DNA from: Thalia democratica
Taxonomy: Eukaryota
Direction of reading: 5' to 3'
Assembly (NCBI GenBank): GCA_965202585.1
Contig: OZ241826.1
Span: forward strand, 29,326,001-29,390,000
DNA: 64,000 nucleotides
Under the pieces are notes generated by a model, which was not told where the DNA came from, did no database searches, and was given only the letters and a program-made list of their open reading frames with translations. Positions 12,896 to 26,095 of the stretch are shown one piece after another (the stretch's first letter is position 1; the number at the start of each line of letters is the position of its first letter). A program made the translations under genes and the position numbers.

Positions 12896-15800
12896 ATATA
12901 ATAAAGAAATTACAAGTAGAAATTTACAAGCAGCAGGGCTAAATAATTCGATTAAAACTTGTTCTGTAAAATCTGAAATAAGTTTTATAAAAGTTTTAAA
13001 ATCGTTCAAAATTGATTTGCTTTAAACAATTAAAAATTTTACCGAGTAAGTTTTGTTGTGTAATTTAAGTAAAACTCCAGATAAGGAAATTTATTCAAAA
13101 ACTGGAACAAATACCACAACTAGTTTAATAACTTACTATAATATTAATATAAACCATATTTTAAAAACTTTACTAAAAATGGTACAGGTAATTTATATTT
13201 TAGCGTGACGACAATATTTTTGATTATTGTTTTACTAATTAATTTGAATTCATGTTTAAAACGAAATTAAAATAAAACAGTTTAGATAGCAACCATTGTA
13301 AATGCTTTTTTGAAAGTTTATTTCGCACCTTTTAAAAGTATATTTGTTAATTTTATTCGCACAATATATGATATTATTTTAGTGTCTATATAATAAATAT
13401 TTTGTTGCTGTAGCTAGTTTTTTATTTAAGATGTACTTTTTTATAAATTGTTTTATGTTTTGTATTTTATATTTGAACACAAATGATAGTGATTAAAAGT
13501 AGATAATTTTTAAAATAACCTTTTATTGAAAATTTTTTTTAACAGTATGCTTAATCAACTTCTAGTAGTTTTTAATTTTATTGTCGGAGCACTATTTTAT
13601 ATATATTGTAATTTGTATGTTTAATTTAAATAGTACTGCAAGAAACTGTTTTAATTTAAATAATTTAAATTTAAAACCTAGAGGCATATAACATTATACT
13701 TTAAAAAAGCAACGTTTGTCAGTTTAGCCTTAATATTAGCAAAAGAACTTCAAGCATAAGTATTTTTATAAGTTGTCCTTTATTGTTTACAGTTAGTATA
13801 AACAAAAGTTACAAGTACTGTGTGAAAGAAAGCATTTGTTATATTTATTGAGCCAAAAATAACTTTTTCAGTTACAATTAAACAGTTTAGAACAATTTTA
13901 GATGATTTAAAGTTAAAAAAACCGATAGGTCGTTTAAAAACTTAAAAAATTTAAAATACTTCTATACTAAAAAGTAAAATGTGGATAAAAATCAAAAGTT
14001 TTTGAAAATAATAAAATTTAGATGAAGTACTATAATTAACATTTAAAATGTTTTGAAGTTTATCAGCTATTTTTATTAAAGTCAAAAACTTTAAATTGTT
14101 CTTAATAAACTAGAATATGTGGCATTAAATGATAATCAAAGAATAGGTCTATACTAACTTATGACTAAGTTTTTAAACAACGTTTAAGAATTTTCGAATA
14201 TAAAAAACTATGAGATACTTGAATTTAATTGTATCATGTTTTTTGATAAAGATTTTTCAAGGCTTTAAAATATATTTATTTTGACACATGCATTAAAGAA
14301 TGCTTTAAAATTAAATAAACTGTATTGATCAAAAAATCGTTGAAAATACCATAGAATTATCTATACAATTAGATTATTTGTGTTATAATATTCTAATTAG
14401 TTACAGAGATCAAAAAAAAATAACAGCTTAAAACAAATAGCTTAACACATTTATTAAACAAAAAATTTATGTTAATTTTGAAATGTTTTTTTTATTTTTG
14501 TGTTTAACTTTTTGTTTTGAAATTAAAAGCTTTACCTCATTAAATAAAATTAAAAGTTTAAAGTTTGTACTTGTTGTTTCTCCGAAATAGTAACTTTGTA
14601 TACTTTTTACAGCCTGCGTAAACGTTTAAAGACGTATTAATAAGTAAACGTTTGTGCCGTTACACAATATTAAACAAAATAACACTTAACATTTAATTTA
14701 GTTTTTAAGGAACTATTATTTTTTTCTTGGTTTAAGGCTTTCAAAAGTATAAACGACCGTATAGTACAGATAGTAAATAAAATAAAACTGTTTAAAATAG
14801 CATTAAACTGCAATGCCGAAAACAATCAAGAGAATTTTCTAAACATATAGACTAAACTATAGAAAAAGCTATTATGCATGTAAAACTAATGAGGAATACT
14901 TAAATTACCAGACTTTTATTATCTTACCTAACAGTTAAATTACTTTAGATATTAGTAAGTTAGAAATAATTCAAAATACTCATTAAAGTTTAAACAGAGA
15001 AATTGGTACAATCAAAAGAAAAAAACATTAATTTAAAATAATTCTGGTATGAATCAAAGTTTTGAGAGGTTGTTATTTAAAATACTTTTATGCTTTGTGT
15101 TCAGTTTATTGATATAACAATTCACTTGAATTTTACGTTCAATGACTTAAATTATCAGTGCACTTAACACAAGTAAAAATTTTACGTCTACAAACTAATC
15201 AAAAAGTATATATTGTTTTCATATAAACCTATGTTGTATTTTCAAATAGTCATAAAAATAACTTCCCTTTAACAATGATTTATCCTATTGTTTTTATTAA
15301 TAGAAAAATAAAACGAATTGTAATCTTTTAAAGTCGGCAGATAGGATCTAGTTAGAACTTGGTGAGATTAATGTAGAATCATCCATGTTCAAATCTGAAA
15401 TATTTTAATTTTTCTTATACTTTTTATATACTGTTTACGTTTTTTAACAAACAAATTAAAATTGATAAAAAAATTTCATCATGTACTTCAACAAAACTTT
15501 CTGAAAATTGTTAACTACTTTTTAATGTATGTACTTAAGTTTAAGTACGAAAACAAACCTATCTCGTAAATTAAACTTGAAAAGATAGTTAATAATTGTT
15601 TTTTTAGTTTTTGTATCTACTTATATTTTTTACAACATTTAATATTTATTTTGTTAACAATATAAGAACAATCTTTAGTTTTATTTAAAAAAAATAGTAT
15701 TTTTGGAAATTAATTTATTAATTTTACAGACACTAAAACATTTTATCATTGTAAATGAATCAACAAATGTTAACTAAAATTTCACAAAACTTACTTATTT

Positions 15801-16213
15801 CTAAAATACATGAAAATATACGAATAAATACTTTTAATGGAAACTTCTATTAAGTACTGTTTTATACAAAACAAGTTAAGTTCTCTATAACTACTAGTTG
15901 AATACATGAGCTTGTATTTATTCGATGTCTAGGTTGTCACTAAGATTTTTGTTTTTGATCTGCAGAAGCTTCTTAAATGTATTGATTATAAATATAAGAA
16001 TTATTAAAACTAATCCAAATTGTACACCTGAAAATTTTAATCTATATGAAATATTTTTACACCAAAAATTTATTTTTTACTAAATTTTTTAGTTAAGTAC
16101 GTTGCAAATAACAAATAATTTTTTAAAAATGTGTTTGAAGTTATTTACACTATTTACATATTAGCTAATAAAGTACAAAATAACAAAGATATTGATAAAC
16201 ATGTATTGTTTTC

Positions 16214-16723
16214 TCACAGTTTTTCTAAAATTTTCTCGACTTTCAGTTTAACATCAAGCAGGTCCCTGGCCACTTCCAACTTGCATTCGAAACCTCCGAC
16301 AACATCTAGAACCCCTTCCTCTGTCTATACCATTTTTTGCTTGATCTCCAGCAAGTTGTTCCGTTCCTCTTCTTCATCTCTCGCGCCTGCTAGCGGAGAG
16401 TTTCGTCTGGTTTCGAATTGATCCTCATTCTGAATTTGTTCATCAATCACTTTTTCGAGTACCCGCATTGTTTTCCGAAGAATGAGGAACAAGTACTTGC
16501 TCCTCACAAGCCTCCTGGCCTCTAAAGTCCATTTCATGCCCATTTCGCGACTTCTGCGCCTCACTGCTTCCAACAGCACGTCGACTATGTTCACTGTTTC
16601 GGGTCTGCAGTAGGACCGGGCAAGGTCGTCGTTTCCTTCCTGGTTGAACGCTTGGATGATTTCGGACATCAGTCTGGTGCTGTGAGTCCATTGCGGCTCG
16701 TGGTAAGGAGATAATTTTGACAT
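16214..16723 (-). CDS. Orphan intronless helical protein: 132 aa, extending to 169 codons through one internal TAG
   Basis: GC-rich island in an AT-rich background, starting at an ATG in an A-rich context. After TAG 16327-16325 the same frame continues TEEGVLDVVGGFECKLEVARDLLDVKLKVEKILEKL* (TGA 16216-16214). No family recognised. Confidence 0.6.
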
Positions 16724-19700
16724 TTATTAAATACTAAAAAACATAAAGTATAAGCAAATGCTAAAAAAACATATAAAAACAGTAAAAAATAACTAATTGG
16801 TTTTGTGAAAAGCTACTGTTTAATTTTTTTTGTCGGATATTCGAGTCCACACTTAAACTTAATCGTAAACTAACAAAAAGAAATTAATATTTTATTATTA
16901 TTTTATAGTTTATCAAAAAATAATATAACTGGTTATCGTGTTCGGTAAGTTTTTTCTTTACAAAGTTTTATATCAATTATTGCACAGTGGGTAAGCGGCC
17001 ATTAACATTTTTTGTAACTAGATAATCAAGTCAAGCGTAATACACATTAAACAGAACTAGATTTTTGTTTTCTTAACTTGATAAAGTGTTTACTCTCAAA
17101 AATTAGGTAGGTTTAATTTCAACAGTTTTTAGATTCTATAAAAGTTTACCTTAAATTTACCTCAAAAATAAGATTTAACTCAAGTTCTTTCAGTTCTTAC
17201 GTATATGTTTTTTTTTTCTTTTTATTTAGACACGATGTTGAGCTTAAAATAGCTTAAAAAGAAGACAATATTTTTTAAGGCTTACTTTTCCTTAGTTATA
17301 TTATATTTTGAAGTTTTAAAATGTAACGGTAATTTAAAGATCATCACCTACAAAGCACGTATTTTTTTTTTTTGCCAGACTTATGCACTTATAACAAGAA
17401 TTTTATTATATACACAAACTTACAATAAATTATTTTACTAGTGTGAAAAGCTTTTTTTAGACATTTTTTAAACGTTGTTACGTTTTATTTTGAAACAAAA
17501 AAAATCAAATTAAGAAAAAAAAAAACTAAAAACAACTTGAATTAGTTTTCAATAAATTAAGAAGAAACTCGAATAGTTTATAAACTAAAAATATAAAAGA
17601 CTGCTTAGGTTTATGCTTTTGTGTTTTTTAAAATAAAAATAAAATATAGAAAACGAAACTATTTTTATAAACAATATTAAACTTTGTATAGCACTTAACT
17701 TTTTTAATCAGCTAAAAAAGTTAATGGTTACTTGTCCCATCTTTTAGTTTGTCAAAAGTTGTTTTTTTCTGAAAGTACTTTCTTGACAAAAGAAAAATAA
17801 AACGTAAAAGTAATACTGTTATTACTAAACATAATTACTTTAAACACAAACATTATGCTTTACTAAAATTAAGCAGTAAGATATTTTTTGAAACAAAGTA
17901 TATAAATTTTTGCTGTTTGTCTTCAATTAGTACACAAAAATTCTTACAAGTGTGTAAAAATAATTTCACTTTTATAACTACAAACTACAAACATAAACAC
18001 TTTTACTAAGCAAAATACATTTTTGTACTTTCTTCTACCTATTCACACTTTAGCTAAAGACCGTTGTAAAAGTCATAACTGCGTCCTTTTATAAACTGAA
18101 ATAAAAATAAAAACAGTAATACAGGAAAGAATCATATTTCAAAACGCGCGCAAACAAGATATACGTTGTTACGAAGTTATTACAAAATCTTAAACACGGT
18201 TTGACATTTTTAGTAGTTTTTTTTCAATAGTCGCTTGATAACTTTGCATTTAAAACATTGAAAACTTTAGATAGTATTTTCACTTTCATTTAGCTAAACA
18301 TTGTACAAAAAGTTATGTTTGTGTGTTTGACAAACTGTTCTTAATCAACCATCGAATCATACTTAACTTTACAAAGAAATATATAAAGCGTTTTCCACAT
18401 CAACTTAGCTTTCTTGATTTAGGTAATAAAAAGTTTTAAAAGTTCTAAAAATAAAGGATAGTTGTTCGTGTTTAATGGTAAATACTTTTTATTTATCACT
18501 GCAAAACATAAATGCATATAAAACTTTTACACTTTAAAATATCTTAATTTCAATTTAGTTTGTTGCTTCGTGATTGTTTAAAAATTTTTTATGGATATAA
18601 AAATGGCTAATAACAGCACATTTTACATACAATTTGCTTAAAACTGATATAACAATTACTAACATTTCATTACTTGAAAATTGAAATATAGTTAGGTTGT
18701 TGAGATTAATTAAAAATAAACAAACGATTTTTACTAATTATTTATGGTAGAGCTGTAGTAAACATAGTTTGGCACAAAACAATTTCGTTTCTTTACGAAT
18801 AGTAAAAGTTATAAGTTTTGTTAAAATTTCTACACTGATATAACTTAGGATTAAGCCAATAAATTATATGAAACTGCTAATTTTTAAAGTCAACAATCGG
18901 TTAATAAAAGTCTTTTTATAAACTACAGTATCGTTTATTATTATTTTGATATTCTAATTTTTTAGCCAAGCCAAAAAGTAGTACCTTATTCCACACATGT
19001 GAAGAATTTTTGCATTTAACTTGAGAAACATGTTTAATTTTAGGCAGGACAACCGTTAATATTTTTTTAGAATCTGTTATTTACAACCAGGTTCTAAACT
19101 GTTAAAATTACCATCGAAATTTTTGAACAAAATTTTTAGCTAAAACTGTACAAACTTTTGGCAAGTCAAAGCTTACCTTTTAAGAACAAACGCAGAAAAG
19201 ACATACGATAGAATTCAATAAACGGTCGTTTAAAAATGTTTTTGTAAAAATTTATTTATTTTTTTTAAACAGTTGAATTTTGTTTTTGTAATATTATGAT
19301 TTATAGCAACGTGTTTAAGTACATAATATATATTGTTTCCAATATAAGTTTTTTCAAGTCAAGCTATCAACTTTAAAGAAGTATTAAGATTTCATTTTAA
19401 CGTTCATATTTTAGATATATATTTAGATTTCATTAAAATTCACACTAAGATTCATGATAAATACGATAAAAAATGGGTTTCATTATTTTACTTAATGTTA
19501 ACTAGGATTAGAATATTATACGACTGATACTACAATTGTTTATCAAGGTTTGTGAATTTAAATTTCAATACAAATTAATGCATATTAAAAAATTTTTAAG
19601 TGCGAAACATAAATTAGTATTTACTATTATAATACAAGTAAGAACTAAAAACTCTGTTACACGAATTTTTATTTTTTTAAATATCAACAGAAAACATATG

Positions 19701-20130
19701 AACATAATTAATACTATTATAGTACGGTTATAAACAGTTTACATTTTTTAATAGATAATACAGGAATAAAAAAATTAGAATGTTTTACACGAAAATTAAA
19801 AAGACTTAGATTGAATTGAACTTTGTTCTATAAAAATATATGCTTATAAAATGGAGTTTAAAACAATACTAGAAATAGTTTGATGTAAAGCTTGCTTATT
19901 TGAAAAAGGTATAAACACTTGATGTTTAAAATTTCAACTTTATTTATCATAAAATTTAACAGAATATAAAATATATATAATATATTGAACTTCATCAACG
20001 AGCTACAACTTCAACTTTACAAGATAAAAGCCAAATTAATAAACTCGTTTCACTTATTTATACAGTATATTATACAGTAGATCATCCTAACATTGAGTTA
20101 AAACATAACATAGGGTTTATTGGTTCACAT

Positions 20131-20215
20131 CGCTTCCGTTCATTTTTTCCGTGAGCAAAATGGCAGGCATCTCCAAGTTTAGATGATGGGAAGCTGTGAA
20201 ATGGCATCTAATTAG
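20131..20215 (-). pseudogene. Decayed Tis11/TTP-type CCCH zinc-finger remnant
   Basis: Reads *MPFHSFPSSKLGDACHFAHGKNERK. The paralogue at 48.5 kb supplies SCKFGDAC and HGKNEL. The merged consensus FHSF.SCKFGDACHFAHGKNEL fits C-x8-C-x5-C-x3-H (cf. CKYGDKCQFAHG..ELR). Confidence 0.6.
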
Positions 20216-20527
20216 TACTTTTTTACAGTTAAGGTACTGGCATGTTAAATTCTTATTTGCTCGATATCTAAACCTTATAATAAAGTATTGCTTAAATAAA
20301 ATGCATTTTAGTTGAATGATTTTTTAGACCACTAGTATTAACATAAATATCTTGTTATTTACCATTGTCGTAATTTATACGAATTTGATATATTTATATA
20401 TATATATAGTACTATAAATAATTAAAGTTAAACTACTTATGCGTACTTAAAAAATTAATAAAAAAACAAAAGCAAATTTTTATAGTTTATCTGAATTATT
20501 TCAACGCAAAAACATAAAACGACCTTT

Positions 20528-22388
20528 TTAGTCGCAAACAAACACGTGCCGGCAGTTGGGGCACGTTTTATTTTCTTCGAACCACTTGGTGGCGCATTCG
20601 ATGCAGAAAACGTGTTTCCCGTCACAATCGAGCTCGATCAGCTGCTTGCCGGGTTCGAAATCACTCAGGCATATCGTGCACGCATCGTTTACGTTGGACT
20701 GGTCGGCAGTAAATTTCCTGAACTCATTAACTCTCAAATAGGTTAGACCTGTAAGGAATATTTAATTTTAGAATGTTTTGTATACGTTTTAATTACTTTG
20801 AAGGGTTTGTAGTTTACTTACTTCCGGTATAAAGAACGAGTTCTTAATACAATAACTAGGTATTGGGATAAATTATATCTAGATGAGTTTTTAGGAGAAA
20901 GTTCTGATTTTGAACTAAACTATAATTTTATTGTATTTTATTAGCAAAACAAAGAATTGATTTGTCTCATAAGTTACAGAAAAAAGTAAAGATACATTTA
21001 AAAAATATTTTGTTAAACAAAACCTTGAGGTGGCAGTTCCCACTCGTACATCCCTTGTGCGATGGGATCAAATAATTCATCATCACTGTCGTCATCACTG
21101 TCGTCATCACTGTCAAAAAAGTTATCAAAGGAGTGATCAGCGATGGCATCAGCGAATGTATAACCGTAGTCATCACCGAATTTATAACCGCCGTAGTCAT
21201 CACTGTCGTCATCACTGTAGTCATCACTGTCGTCATCACCGACGTCATCTCCAACGTCGATTGGTTCTTCTTTCTTTTCATTTTCGTTCTGCGTTACATC
21301 AATGATCTCATCGGGTCTTGCATTTCCATTGCTAGACATTCCCTCCTGAAAAATTTCGATATAAAACTTCGTTAAATTTTGTTAGTTCAAAAAATGTATT
21401 GCAGAATATGCCTTAACTTTCATAGTTTTTGGAAAAAGTAATAATTATCTTTTGAGCTTTACCTAAACAAGTAGAAATTATAAACTACAAAAATGCATTA
21501 TAACATTACAACATTATATTATTTGTTTCTAAAATGCTTATTAATAATACTTTACAGCTATTTACTAGCTGGTAAATCTTATATTAAGATATTTTGATGT
21601 GAATTTTCATTTTGGAAATGCAAAAATAGATTAGAAAATTAAAAAGGCACAGTTTGACCTAAGACATAATGTAAAGAAGCTTAAACATTAAACTGATTCT
21701 CAACATTTAAAACTTATGATGTTTTTGGTTTTTGAGCTATTGTACTTTTTAAAATTTTTTAGTACTGCAGCATCAACAGTTTTTAGGGTTTTAAGATAAT
21801 AAGCTTTAGCAATAACAATCATAACTTTAAAAAATATTGTAAAAAAAGTTTAAAATGGAGTAGAAAAAATACAAAAATTTACAATTAAATTTTCAATGCT
21901 AGGTATTAATTTGACTTTACTTAAAAATTACGTTTTGAGATAACTTTTAAAAAATATAAGAAGTAATAATACTTCATTGAAAACAATACAAAAAAGAATA
22001 TTCAACTTAATCTTTGTCAAAAAAATTACAATTAAAACAAAAAAGTGATAAAATTTAGGTACATCAATAAAAATATGTGAAAAATAACATAAAATTTTAG
22101 AGTAATATACAAGTGGGTAAAATAAAGGGTGCACAAACTCTATATTTGAATCTTTTATAGTATAAACTGTTATTGTTAATTAACTATTTTTCTGTTTTGT
22201 TACTACTTTAAACTATATGAATTGTCTTTTGCTTTAATACCATGCTAAAAACTGTTTTCTTATAATTAAAGTTAATCTGTAAATTAAAAAAATAAACAGA
22301 CAATATATACAATAAATATAGAAATAATTAAAAACATTACCTGCACATTATTAGACGCAGAAATATTATTTAAAACCTTTTTGTCCAT
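20528..22388 (-). CDS. Class II SIM-acidic-RING putative E3 ubiquitin ligase, intact, 196 aa
   Basis: Exons 22388-22341 (MDKKVLNNISASNNVQ), 21345-21024 (EGMSSNGNARPDEIIDVTQ..EEPIDVGDD..WELPPQ) and 20748-20528 (GLTYLRVNEFRKF..CTICLSDFEPGKQLIELDCDGKHVFCIECATKWFEENKTCPNCR). 48+322+221=591 nt, open, GT-AG, intron phases 0 and 1 shared with paralogues. Confidence 0.88.
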
Positions 22389-23442
22389 TTTATCTGCAAA
22401 AATACTTTATTTTGTTATCTGCAAAATAACTATACAAAACATTAATCAAGCTTTATAATTTTTGTAAACTAACAAACGTTACAAAAATAGTAAAAGTAAA
22501 TAAACTTTAAATTGCAAAAATGTTTTCTAAAATTTTAAACATGTTGCAAGAATGAATGAAAGCTTTTTTAGGTAAACAAAGTACAAAGTTTACTTGAACT
22601 TATTAAACTACACTAGGTATAGTTAAAAAACTAGTAAATACTAAAGTTTACAGTTTTTTTCGTGATTATTTGAAGTAATACAAACATAACTATTAAAAAA
22701 AATATATACAGTTACAAACTATTAATGTGTTTTCACACCTTACACACCTTTTCAAATACTAATAAAAATTTTGATAGAAAATATTTTTAAATATTACAAT
22801 GATGTCTGTTCAGGTTAAAAAAATAATATTGTTAAATTTATTACATAAATTTATATTAATGTACTAAAATCTATTATTTAATAAATAAATTAATTTAAGC
22901 CTAAACTTTTAATTTTTCTCAAAAAAGTTTAACATCTTATTTATCTAGGACATAATGTGATGGTTTTAGCCCTGATACATCTAAAGTTTCTTAAAAAATC
23001 TATGCATTATTCCACAGCATTCTTTTTCAGTAAGATGCTAAGAATTAAAAAATCAAATTAAATGATCCTATAGATAAGTCACAGTTGAAAAGTTAAACAA
23101 CCATGACTAAATTTTTGTTAGTTTTTTAATTCAAGCTTTATTATTTGAAAACCATTCTGCTTTGAAAGTTTAAGTATTTGTTTTACACTTAAAAATAAAG
23201 TATTTTAATTTTATAAATACAACTAAATTATAAAGTCAGTAAATAAATCTAGTCTGTAAGAAACTTTAAACTAACAATTGTAATGGATGTATGTACCTTT
23301 ATGTTTACAACAAATGATTGAATTAACTTTACTTTAATTAGTTTTAACTGATATTATACATATTAAATATTCAAAACACAATAATCTAAGTATATAAAAT
23401 TGAAAGAAGCTGATCGCGAAAACAAAGCCTTTTCAAACTATC

Positions 23443-23745
23443 TGGATCCGGATCCGGCCTAATTTTAGGAAATTTGGTCTAAATATATATAAAAATTTAT
23501 TAACAAAAAAAATTTAAAAGTTTGAAACAGGTTAAAGCTATTTTTTAACTTTCAAATCCTTACTTACTACTTTTAACAAAATATTAAAATACTAACAATC
23601 TGTTAATAAAATCAACCTTGATCATTTTTAAAATTACTTAAAAAGATCAAAACTATTGATCTACCAGATCTAAAATCCGGATCGGGATCTGGCAATTTTT
23701 TGCTTTGATCCAGATCTGACCGGAACTTAATTTTTGTAAAAGATT
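23443..23745. repeat. GGATCC/CCGGAT-rich interspersed repeat (relatives near 8940, 10523, 33790, 35375, 40235, 43325, 51720-52065)
   Basis: Clusters of ggatccggatccgg / atccggatcgggatctgg / gatccagatctgaccgga recur at these positions. Probably ends of an old DNA-transposon family; boundaries approximate. Confidence 0.45.
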
Positions 23746-24589
23746 CTGATTTGGCCATGTCCTAAATTTACAAAAAGATAAGCTTCTTTCAAATTTATAT
23801 ACTTAGATTATTGTGTTTATAATTTTTGATATAGATAAAATTAGTCAAGCGAGCAATAATAATAAAAGTTTAATTAGTTCAATCATTTGTTGTAAATATT
23901 GTGGTTCATACATCTATTAAAGTAAAATATTGAATTGTTAGTTTAAAGTTGTTTAGTTGCAGATTAGATTCTTTTACTGACTATATAATATGTCTTCTTT
24001 TAAACTCTAAGTATTACATTTTTAAAAGTAAAACATGTATTGAAAATTTAATGTATTTCAACTTATTAAAAGTCATTAAATTTAATTATTAATATGTTGT
24101 TCTTGATTAACAATATTAAATGTTGTAAAAAAATAACAAGTACAGCTCATTTAATTTTTGGTTACTATAACATTAAGAGGCAGCCGTCGTTCAAGAAACT
24201 TTTAAGTTTTCTGGTTTGTCATTAAACAAAATAATTTTTTAGGTTTAGATTAAAAATAGTATAAAGCAGTAAAAAACATTTCTATAAAAAGGTTTAAATA
24301 TTTTTGAAAAACTGTTGCCTCTTAAAGTTATAATAAACAAATATTTTTTACTTTACTTAATATATATATATATATATATAGATTTATTTATTTTACAAAA
24401 AAACAACAACTAATTTTCGCATTGATTACTTAATTTCAACGTTTAAGACGTATCTTTAGAACGAAACAAAGTACATACCAAAAATTTTAAAGAATCACAT
24501 AAAAAAAAAAAAAAAAAATAGTTAGCCTATTTTAAAAACAATTTGTGTACAAGTCAACTTTTTTTTTTCTTTTTTTGTGGTTTTATTTT

Positions 24590-24925
24590 ATTGCTATTTG
24601 TTGTTATTGATTAGTGATTTTTGTTCTTTTAAATCACATGTTTTGATTTTGGAGACAGGGTTGCTGCCTTTTATTTTATGATAATTATTATCTAATTTTT
24701 TCGGTTTCGTACTTTTGTAAACAAGATAAATGGTATGTTCTGTAGTTTTTTGGTTATGTTTTAGTTCTTAAGCTTACTTATGGTTGCTATATCTGTTTTT
24801 AAATGTTGTACTAGTTGAGCCTACGTATAATTTTGTTATATTGTTAGCAGCTCGGTAGATTATATTTTTTGATAGTCAGTTATTTTTTAAAGGGCATTTT
24901 CTTCCTGCAGTGGCTGGTTTTTTCT
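24590..24925 (-). mobile_element. Penelope-like retroelement 3' fragment (GIY-YIG endonuclease), decayed
   Basis: Minus frame reads RKCPLKNN*LSKNIIYRAANNITKLYVGSTSTTFKNRYSNHK*..TTEHTIY..KTCDL..QK.LI. This matches the PLE C-terminal pattern CPL...CL..NI.Y.A..Y.G.T.TTFK.RY.NHK. An A-rich tract follows at about 24560-24590. Confidence 0.75.
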
Positions 24926-24940
24926 TGTTGTTTATATACC

Positions 24941-24964
<24 letters not shown>
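24941..24964. repeat. (TA)12 microsatellite (others near 20390, 24360, 25250-25290, 48770, 52675)
   Basis: Directly visible TA runs. Confidence 0.9.
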
Positions 24965-24973
<9 letters not shown>

Positions 24974-25188
24974 AATGGCGATTTTAAAAATTCTGGAACA
25001 TATGTTTCATGAAGCTTTAATTTTTCATAAAGCTCTAATCATCAGCCAGTTATTTTCAAAATTTTAATTTTGTGATTTTTTTTTTATGATTATGAAAATA
25101 ACTGGCTGATGATTAGAGCTTTATGAAAAATTAAAGCTTTATGAAACATATGTTCCAGAATTTTTTAAAATCGCCATTTTAATAAATT
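24964..25188. repeat. Near-perfect palindrome / foldback element
   Basis: Arms 24964-25058 and 25093-25188 (about 95 bp) are reverse complements with one substitution and one 1-nt indel; 34-bp spacer. Confidence 0.95.
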
Positions 25189-25615
25189 TTTTAAAAGCCC
25201 TTCAAGTGGGCTCAGTTGAAAGTGTTTAAGTTTAAACATTAACCTTATTTTATATATACATATATATATACATATATTATATATATATACATAATTAAAG
25301 TGTTTTCGTAAGGATAGTTTTTGTATGAACAGATTTAAAACGTTTTACTATGCTTAAAAAATTATTCGTTTTTTGTAAAATTAATGCACTTTAATTAATT
25401 ACACATGTTATTTAATCAGTTTGTCTCAACAGATGCTTATAAATGTCAAATTTATTTTGGAAATAATTTTTATGCTGAAACAGCGATAAACGTTTAATTA
25501 GGTGCCTAACAAACAAGTAGGAAAAGTAAGATTTAAAAATGGGGGAAACTTTATTTATATCATTTGGTTGCGGGTTACCATTGTTTTCATAATCATAGTA
25601 AAACGATAATTAAAG

Positions 25616-26095
25616 GCGGCACCATTTCAAACACTAATTAGTGCCAGTCATGTTCAAAGCCTAGCGACTCGTCAAAGAAATCCTGAACTACATCTCATCG
25701 ATGACGTGTGGAAACTGCCATCTCGAGGTTATGTTTTTAAAATCTTTAATTTTAATTGTTTTTTGTTCGTTAATGTGAAGACAAAAAATTTTCGTATTGC
25801 TTATTAAAAAACAATAAAATTCAATTCTAGTTTGAAAAGTGATTTTTTTCTTTTAAATGCTCTTCTAGGTGTAATATATCCCAATATCTAGTCTTTGTAT
25901 TCAGAACTCCTTCTTTAAACCGTAAAAGCTTAAACTACCAAACTCTGACAGGGTAATGTAGGCCGTAAATTCTAAAACTGAATTAAAATCTAATAATTTC
26001 ATACAGGTCTAACAAAGTCGAGAGTGGAAAAGTTCAGGACTTTAACTGCCGACCAGTCGAACTAAAGCAATGCTTGCTCGATATGCATGAGCAAT
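25616..26095 (+). pseudogene. Inverted, truncated RING-family pseudogene (paralogue of 308-790)
   Basis: Exon 25616-25727 (AAPFQTLISASHVQSLATRQRNPELHLIDDVWKLPSRG). Exon from 26007 reads LTKSRVEKFRTLTADQSN*SNACSICMSN (TAA 26063-26065), then RING homology stops. Confidence 0.85.

Larger units (their letters stand above)
19920..24565 (+). repeat. Segmental duplication block Y, copy 1 (paralogous to about 48316-52910)
   Basis: Collinear similarity from ..tgtttaaaatttc.actt.atttatca.aaaatttaacagaat to ..tgtacaagtcaa. Contains the class II RING gene. Visibly more diverged than block X. Confidence 0.9.

Noticed and set aside
16131-16691. 96-aa plus ORF and 82-aa alternate minus ORF
   Set aside because: Shadows of the 16723-16214 ORF.
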